A DNA stretch of 64,000 bases from contig OY969926.1 of the NCBI GenBank assembly GCA_963704645.1, positions 1,152,001-1,216,000 of the forward strand, given 5' to 3'. The translations under genes were made by a program, and so were the position numbers. Below the pieces are notes generated by a model. That model saw only the letters and a program-made list of their open reading frames with translations, had not been told where the DNA came from and did not search any database. The DNA comes from an uncultured bacterium (lineage in GTDB: Bacteria > Patescibacteriota > JACMRA01). Below are positions 60,001 through 64,000 of the stretch, piece by piece. Every line of letters starts with the position of its first letter. Position 1 is the stretch's first letter.

Positions 60001-63000
60001 CAGAAGGAATGCTATCAGGATCAGCATTAGGATCAATATTAGAATCATTACTGGTAAAGGTAATCACCATCAAGCCTGAATTAGAGGTAATACTACTTGG
60101 TAGGTTGTTTCCAGAAAACTCTCCCAGAACTAAACTATCTGTGGTTAAACCATCATATACTTTAACAACATCCACACCTTCTTCAGTTTCTAGATTATTA
60201 AAATCTAGAGTTACAGATTCAGCGTTAACTGGAGCAATAATCCACCTACAATTAGAATTAATTCTATATGCAGAGCTACCAGAACTTACATTACCAGAAC
60301 TTTCTGAATAAGTTTCGGTGCCAGAACAATAATTTATTACAATATTAGTAACCGTTAGAGTTACTCTTGTAGAAGTATAAGTTGCTGAAACTTGAACAGT
60401 TTTATCACCATTTTGAAAAGTAGCAGATGAACCAGCTGGAAGGTTAGAAAATTCTCCTGTAATAACATTTCCATTGGTTGTTTCTATTAAGGTTCTAGTT
60501 TCTCCAACAGTATTTCCAAAGAAAGAAAGGTCTAATCTTGTTCCATTCAAATTTAAATTGGAACTTGTAATTGTAGTTTTATTGGTTGCCCAAGCTCCGT
60601 ATGATGAAGCTGAACCACCATTAAAGTTTATTCCATAAGCAGTAATCAGACCCGGTCTTTGCTGAATTGTGGATGAGTTATTTAAATTAATTGAACTATT
60701 AGGTACATTTAAATTTCCAAAAACCCAGATAGTTCCGTTATTAACGTCAACAGTTCCGTTTAAAGTTGTAGCTGAGGAATAATTTATTTCAAGAGTTCCG
60801 CTATTAAGTATAAAGTTTGGATCAATTTTTTGATTGGCAGTGAAAATTAAGTTAGATTGACCATTTTTAACAAAAGTACCAGTACCGTTTATATTTCCAC
60901 TGAATTGGCTATTCAAAGAATCACAGCCTGTAGTATAAGTTTTACCAGCGTTAATAGTAATATTTCCACTTCCTTCTATTTTGCAGCTGGTCACATTGGT
61001 GTTAAAAATAAAATCTCCGCTACCAGCAGTTGTGCTAATTCCAGCCGACACGTTTAAGTTGTTACCCGAAAGAATATATGGCTGTGAGTTTAGTGATTCA
61101 ACTACTACAGTGCTTAAGCTTAGCCCAACAATATCATTGTTCAAATTATACGTGGAAGCTGAGGATGGGAAAATTATGCTCGTTTCGCTGTTTGGAATAC
61201 TATCCTGGCAATTAGTCCAGTTTCCGCTATTTGAAAAATTGCTGTTGATACTACCTGTCCAAGTACAAATTCTACTAGCATACAAATAAGTAAGCCCAGT
61301 GTATTGAGTCCCGTCTCCATTTGTTAAAACAACGTTTACTAAACCAGGGGCGCGAGCAGGAGTAAGTGCAGTGATGGTAGTAGAGTTAACAGCAGTTACC
61401 GAACTAGCTGCTACTCCGTCAAACGTAGCAGATAATGAGCCTTGTATATTGATACTATTGCTAGCAGGGCTGGTTCTTTGTGTAGTGTCACCATAGCCTA
61501 GCTGACCAGCAAAATTGTATCCCCAACATTTTACATTTCCTGTGGAAAGTTGGGCGCATGTGTGATTATCTCCAGCGCTAACCTGTGTTGCTGTACCTCC
61601 TAAAACTAGGTCTAATCCTGGTGTATTTCGGTTTGTAGTGTTGCCATAACCTAATTGCCCATAACCATTGTATCCCCAACATTTTACGTTTCCAGTAGAA
61701 AGTATGGAACAAGTGTGATTGGCACCAGCTGTAAGCTGAATTGTGGCAGCTCCCAATGCTATATCAGCACCCGGTGTATTTCGGTTTGTAGTGTTGCCAT
61801 AACCTAATTGCCCGTAACCATTGTATCCCCAACATTTTACATTTCCTGAAGAAAGTAGAGCGCAGGTGTGGCTATCTCCAACAGTAATCTGAGTTGCAGT
61901 ACCTCCTAAATCTATATCTGATTCGGGACTGGTTCTTTGTGTAGTATCACCGTAACCTAGTTGGCCATAAGAATTATCTCCCCAGCATTTTACACTTCCA
62001 GTAGATAGTAGAGCGCAGGTGTGGTAAGTTCCAGAAATAATCTTAGTTGCAGCACCCCCTAAATCTACATCTGGCCCTGGAGTATCTCTTGAAGCAGTGT
62101 CGCCATAGCCTAGCTCGCCATAGTTATTATAACCCCAACACTTTACATTTCCAGAAGAAAGTAGAGCACAAGTACGATCTGTTGAAGTAATAATCTGAGT
62201 TGCAGCTCCCCCTAAATCTACATCTGGCCCTGGAGTGTTTCTGTCTGTATAATCACCATAGCCTAGTTGGCCCCATCCATTATAACCCCAACACTTCACA
62301 TTTCCAGAAGAAAGTAGAGCACAAGTATGTCTTTCTCCCGCACTAATCTGAGTTGCAGCTCCCCCTAAATCTAGGTCTGATCCTGCTGTATTTCTGTCCG
62401 TATCATCACCATATCCTAATTGGCCATATAGATTATATCCCCAACATCTTACTTTACCAGTTGAAAGTACTGTGCATGTGTGATTTTTTCCAGCACTAGT
62501 TTGAACCACTCTTGCTTGAGAAGTAAATCCTGCACCTGTAAAAGTTACACTAGAGCCTCCTGCTATGTTACCAGAGTTTGGAGTAATTGTTGGTAAAATT
62601 ACCGTTACATCACCACCATTAGCATAAACAGAGCCACTTCCGCTTGCACTGTACTGACTTGTAAGGGTTCCAGGGTTGCTACTCGTAGGAATATTGTTAC
62701 AAGTAATAGTTGGACCACTTGCCACCAAAGGACAGTTTACAACCACCCCAGATATTCCAATACGTACATTTACACTTCCTAAAAGAATATTTTGGTCTGC
62801 GCTGGTAATAATGGTACAGTTTACAGCTCCGTTCTCCATTACTGTGTTTGGGTTACAGGTTAAACTTGTAATATCCGAGTTAATTATAGGTCTTGGTACA
62901 GCGTAGGTATAAGCGTTATTTAAATTATAAACAGTACCATCTCCATTTGTTAAAACTACATTTACTAGTCCAGCAGCATGGGCAGGTGTAACTGCGGTGA

Positions 63001-64000
63001 TGGTAGTAGAATTGACTACAGTTACAAAGGATGCAGCCATTCCATCAAAAGAAGCAGATAAAGAACCTGGCATAGAAATGCTATTGCTAGCAGGACTGGT
63101 TCTACCTGTTAAATCTCCATAGCCTAGTTGACCATAAAAATTGCCACCCCAACATTTTACATTTGCAGAGGAAAGTAGTGCACAAGTCTGGTAAGCACCT
63201 GTACTAATTTGAGTTGCAACACCCCCTAATGCTATATCTTGCCCTGGTGTATTTCTGTTGGCAGTATTGCCATAACCTAGCTGGCCGTTAGAATTAAATC
63301 CCCAACACTTTAAGTTTCCAGTAGAAAGTAGAGCGCAGGTGTGATTAGTTCCACCAGAGACTAGAGTTGCAGTACTCCCTAAAGCTATATCTGGTCCTGG
63401 TAGATTTCTGCTTACATTGTCACCATATCCAAGCTCGCCATTTCCATTATATCCCCAACATTTTACGCTACCATTAGAAAGAACTGCACATGTGCGAATC
63501 TCACCAGCAAAAACTTGAGTTGCAGTGTTTCCTAAAGCTATATCCGGTCCTGGTAGGTTTCTGTTTGTATCGTCTCCGTAACCAAGCTCGCCGTAACCAT
63601 TGTATCCCCAACATTTTACGTTTCCAGTAGAAAGTAAGGCGCAAGTGTGAAATCTTCCAACACTAACCTGAGTTGCAGTAGCACCTAGAGCTATGTCTGG
63701 TCCTGGTAGATTTCTATTCGCAGTATCTCCGTAGCCTAGTTGTCCGTATTGATTGTTTCCCCAACATTTTACGTTTCCAGTAGAAAGTAAGGCGCAGGTA
63801 TGACTAGTTCCAGCGCTAACCTGTGTTGCAGTAGCGCCTAGAGCTATGTCTGGTCCTGGTAGGTTTCTTTGTACAGTATCACCATAGCCTAGCTGGCTAT
63901 TAAAATTAGCTCCCCAACATTTTACGTTTCCAGTAGAAAGAACTGCACAGGTGTAACGATTTCCAACACTCACCTGTGTCGCAGTAGAACCAAGGGCTAT
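54035..64000 (-). CDS. Giant surface protein (5'-partial): RCC1 propellers, IPT/TIG, CUB, SBBP-like propeller, about 12 Big_9-type Ig repeats, C-terminal anchor
   Basis: HTCALLSTGNVKCWG.N.YGQLGYG repeats; CRWII...DVVKVYDG (CUB); PVAVND...IDVLAND; LVRTGG-TM-KKKK; the frame stays open to the window end. Confidence 0.9.
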   Translation of the reverse strand: MALGSTATQVSVGNRYTCAVLSTGNVKCWGANFNSQLGYGDTVQRNLPGPDIALGATATQVSAGTSHTCALLSTGNVKCWGNNQYGQLGYGDTANRNLPGPDIALGATATQVSVGRFHTCALLSTGNVKCWGYNGYGELGYGDDTNRNLPGPDIALGNTATQVFAGEIRTCAVLSNGSVKCWGYNGNGELGYGDNVSRNLPGPDIALGSTATLVSGGTNHTCALLSTGNLKCWGFNSNGQLGYGNTANRNTPGQDIALGGVATQISTGAYQTCALLSSANVKCWGGNFYGQLGYGDLTGRTSPASNSISMPGSLSASFDGMAASFVTVVNSTTITAVTPAHAAGLVNVVLTNGDGTVYNLNNAYTYAVPRPIINSDITSLTCNPNTVMENGAVNCTIITSADQNILLGSVNVRIGISGVVVNCPLVASGPTITCNNIPTSSNPGTLTSQYSASGSGSVYANGGDVTVILPTITPNSGNIAGGSSVTFTGAGFTSQARVVQTSAGKNHTCTVLSTGKVRCWGYNLYGQLGYGDDTDRNTAGSDLDLGGAATQISAGERHTCALLSSGNVKCWGYNGWGQLGYGDYTDRNTPGPDVDLGGAATQIITSTDRTCALLSSGNVKCWGYNNYGELGYGDTASRDTPGPDVDLGGAATKIISGTYHTCALLSTGSVKCWGDNSYGQLGYGDTTQRTSPESDIDLGGTATQITVGDSHTCALLSSGNVKCWGYNGYGQLGYGNTTNRNTPGADIALGAATIQLTAGANHTCSILSTGNVKCWGYNGYGQLGYGNTTNRNTPGLDLVLGGTATQVSAGDNHTCAQLSTGNVKCWGYNFAGQLGYGDTTQRTSPASNSINIQGSLSATFDGVAASSVTAVNSTTITALTPARAPGLVNVVLTNGDGTQYTGLTYLYASRICTWTGSINSNFSNSGNWTNCQDSIPNSETSIIFPSSASTYNLNNDIVGLSLSTVVVESLNSQPYILSGNNLNVSAGISTTAGSGDFIFNTNVTSCKIEGSGNITINAGKTYTTGCDSLNSQFSGNINGTGTFVKNGQSNLIFTANQKIDPNFILNSGTLEINYSSATTLNGTVDVNNGTIWVFGNLNVPNSSINLNNSSTIQQRPGLITAYGINFNGGSASSYGAWATNKTTITSSNLNLNGTRLDLSFFGNTVGETRTLIETTNGNVITGEFSNLPAGSSATFQNGDKTVQVSATYTSTRVTLTVTNIVINYCSGTETYSESSGNVSSGSSAYRINSNCRWIIAPVNAESVTLDFNNLETEEGVDVVKVYDGLTTDSLVLGEFSGNNLPSSITSNSGLMVITFTSNDSNIDPNADPDSIPSDLDLSGFNANWTSALTPNPSISSVSPTYGPASGGTNVTVNGANFVEGQYQDISSIGSTNYDGIRGMVVDSTGQYVSGEFTGTITLGFTTLVSSGEQDIYIAKIDSAGNYLWATKAGGSTRDGFTRKQSMGNDEADNAIVVAGYYSGTATFGSTTLTGSVGSNVFIAKINKTTGEFIWAKGGGGTANTIFNVGTEFPVQNGTNVDVDDAGNIYFSGKVSGSTATFGNFSFNIASSFGEFFIAKLSPNGDYIWVKHYPYSAMLSPSDTNGDNGEMHGLTVDSNGNVYTTMGYTQSITFGSTTLNSLSNFSNGTGSSSNIAILKLNSSGNEVWAVNGGTVGPINLNTDLPYGIKLDSAENVYVTGYFGGSVGRFGTIDVNGSLTGATVFTAKLTSTGVFQWVKSLPSPGFGTSRDLFIDSNDRIWIGGGYSSALTDGIKKITGAGTNAFFAQYDTSGNLVQLNGIGGTGGRLAIGGVGGNQVRAVYEYNGKLYIAGEYFDTVGIGGITITSEGDQDGFYTNFNPNDISVTVCGVELKGTYISSGQLTATTLPSNGLSQTVSVSNSNGQSASLENAFTCILDLQPTPDTSTTPESTPITIDVLANDANATNICVGSINLGSNAANGIATIVPSGTAGSTVDKILFTPTIGYFGTTSFTYTACSTVAGTNPSSETTVTITVTPVNPVAVNDTVTTDQNNSVTIDVLANDSDPSAQVLTICIPLSSPSNGSIAKTVIGTVEQIIFTPTPGYSGNTSFTYTACDPAGNPSNTATVDVTVIPNIAPVANDDTSDGSKNNPIVINVTGNDTDSDGNLDLTSVTIETVPTKGTVNINPVTGEATYTPTPSSYPSSGSDTFTYKIKDNDGDYSNIATVTISITVVLPIANPDSGTLNSNSAIVIDVLANDTNATSICTGSVPATTPNGTAIISGNQITYTPNNNYTGTDTFTYKACNIDGESSTTTVTITVNNTPPVAVNDTITLPAFNPADVDVSANDTDAEGNANLDKASIVITTQPATGTVSVNTTSTSSDFGKVTYTPNANSNIAFVSPFSDTFGYTIKDSGSPTLESNSATVTVLYTPVAANDTATTNQGVPVVIDVLTNDLAASTVCDFGADNFTSPAKGILTLSADKRSFTYTPDSSSVGSDSFTYKTCNPNGSSSFATASITINPNQPEAIPDTAITPEFTSVTIPVLTNDINTTNICSGSIMFIDPVTLSPSPTSSNGSATIVTVGSGSGAVDNVFFSPIAGYTGNITLTYTACSTVAGTNPSSETTVTITVTPVNPVAVNDTVTTDQNNSVTIDVLANDSDPSAQDLAICMPLSSVSNSNGTIAKTVIGTVEQIIFTPTPGYSGNTSFTYTACDPAGNPSNTATVDVTVIPNIAPVANPELASTVSNFPVVINSPANDIDSDGSLDLTTVAIVENPAKGTVSVNPTTGRITYTANTALFIANGTDTFTYRIKDNDGDFSNEATVTVNVVVDPVANSDTASGLVSSTTVLNVAANDTATSAPLDLGSVTIVTQPTKGTVSVNTAVGDPNEGKVTYTPTSSSYPVSGTDSFTYIIRDTQNHSSNTATATINITVPPANQLPVANNDAASGGKYSVLVVEVAANDTDGDGTLDLGSVIIVTQPTKGTVSVNTEVGSPDFGKVTYTPTSSSYTESSTDFFTYKIKDNQGDFSNEATVNITVTLLLPAATNDAATLDINSPTTIDVLANDTLATSICADSLFSTADGGTPTASQSTAGGSLVIQNGKIIYTPANNFTGSDSFVYKACNNDGESNTATVNLTVNALPVIIQNIQLTLYKEKQDANILLNQPLKIQADITNPNNFVVDKIETIINIDTTKLDFVSGSAREGSIVGTKYLSFLEGSGSMLASLFSIPANAQTLPATTVSFQVLSSSSLKITILNAQAGQTIPVVFDVLPKASLQNSIQGTSDIIDPITNQSIASTSARVEITPNVPPQNILVRTGGETAAQVGLSVLVVMIVFLYRQSKKKKIELDI
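55878..58044 (-). repeat. Intragenic duplication of an Ig module (55878-56262 and 57666-58044)
   Basis: Two blocks of 162 and 172 bp that appear identical, around a divergent central segment of about 50 bp. Confidence 0.85.

Noticed and set aside
27289-62906. Many 60-130-aa ORFs overlapping the giant genes
   Set aside because: Antisense or alternative-frame shadows without recognisable motifs.
61290-64000. Diversity-generating retroelement acting on RCC1 repeats
   Set aside because: No reverse transcriptase or template repeat in the window, and the differences do not look adenine-specific.

Overview
AT-rich bacterial chromosomal window using genetic code 11. It is most consistent with a Patescibacteria/CPR-type genome (inference from giant surface proteins, housekeeping genes lacking Shine-Dalgarno (SD) sites, an S6-S18 fusion and tRNA-Ile(UAU)). 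The left part (1-17 kb) holds a type II R-M pair, an ABC exporter, tRNA-Ile(UAU), ssb, a G-domain-only lepA, a VapBC pair, a Pif1-like helicase, a REP-associated HUH tyrosine transposase (RAYT), hisS and a RelA/SpoT protein. About nine small orphan ORFs are scattered among these, with one more near 52 kb. The right part is dominated by surface proteins: a 5815-aa adhesin in an operon with WxL and DUF916-like genes, a >3312-aa RCC1/beta-propeller/Ig protein, and others. It also contains ftsI, a stand-alone ligase BRCT fragment, two cytochrome b5-like genes, yqgF and the rpsF-rpsR fusion. The best candidate for an undescribed system combines three observations. (1) The RAYT carries two in-frame REP doublets inside its own coding sequence. 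(2) It sits 4 bp upstream of the Pif1 helicase. (3) Its GTAG-hairpin REPs lie beside unrelated orphan genes that share homologous promoters and terminators and mostly have strong SD sites, so they look like self-contained cassettes. Other highlights are an LVR[ST]GG C-terminal sorting motif, IPT/TIG domains used as insertion scaffolds, and housekeeping genes split at domain boundaries. All calls are by eye; no searches were run.
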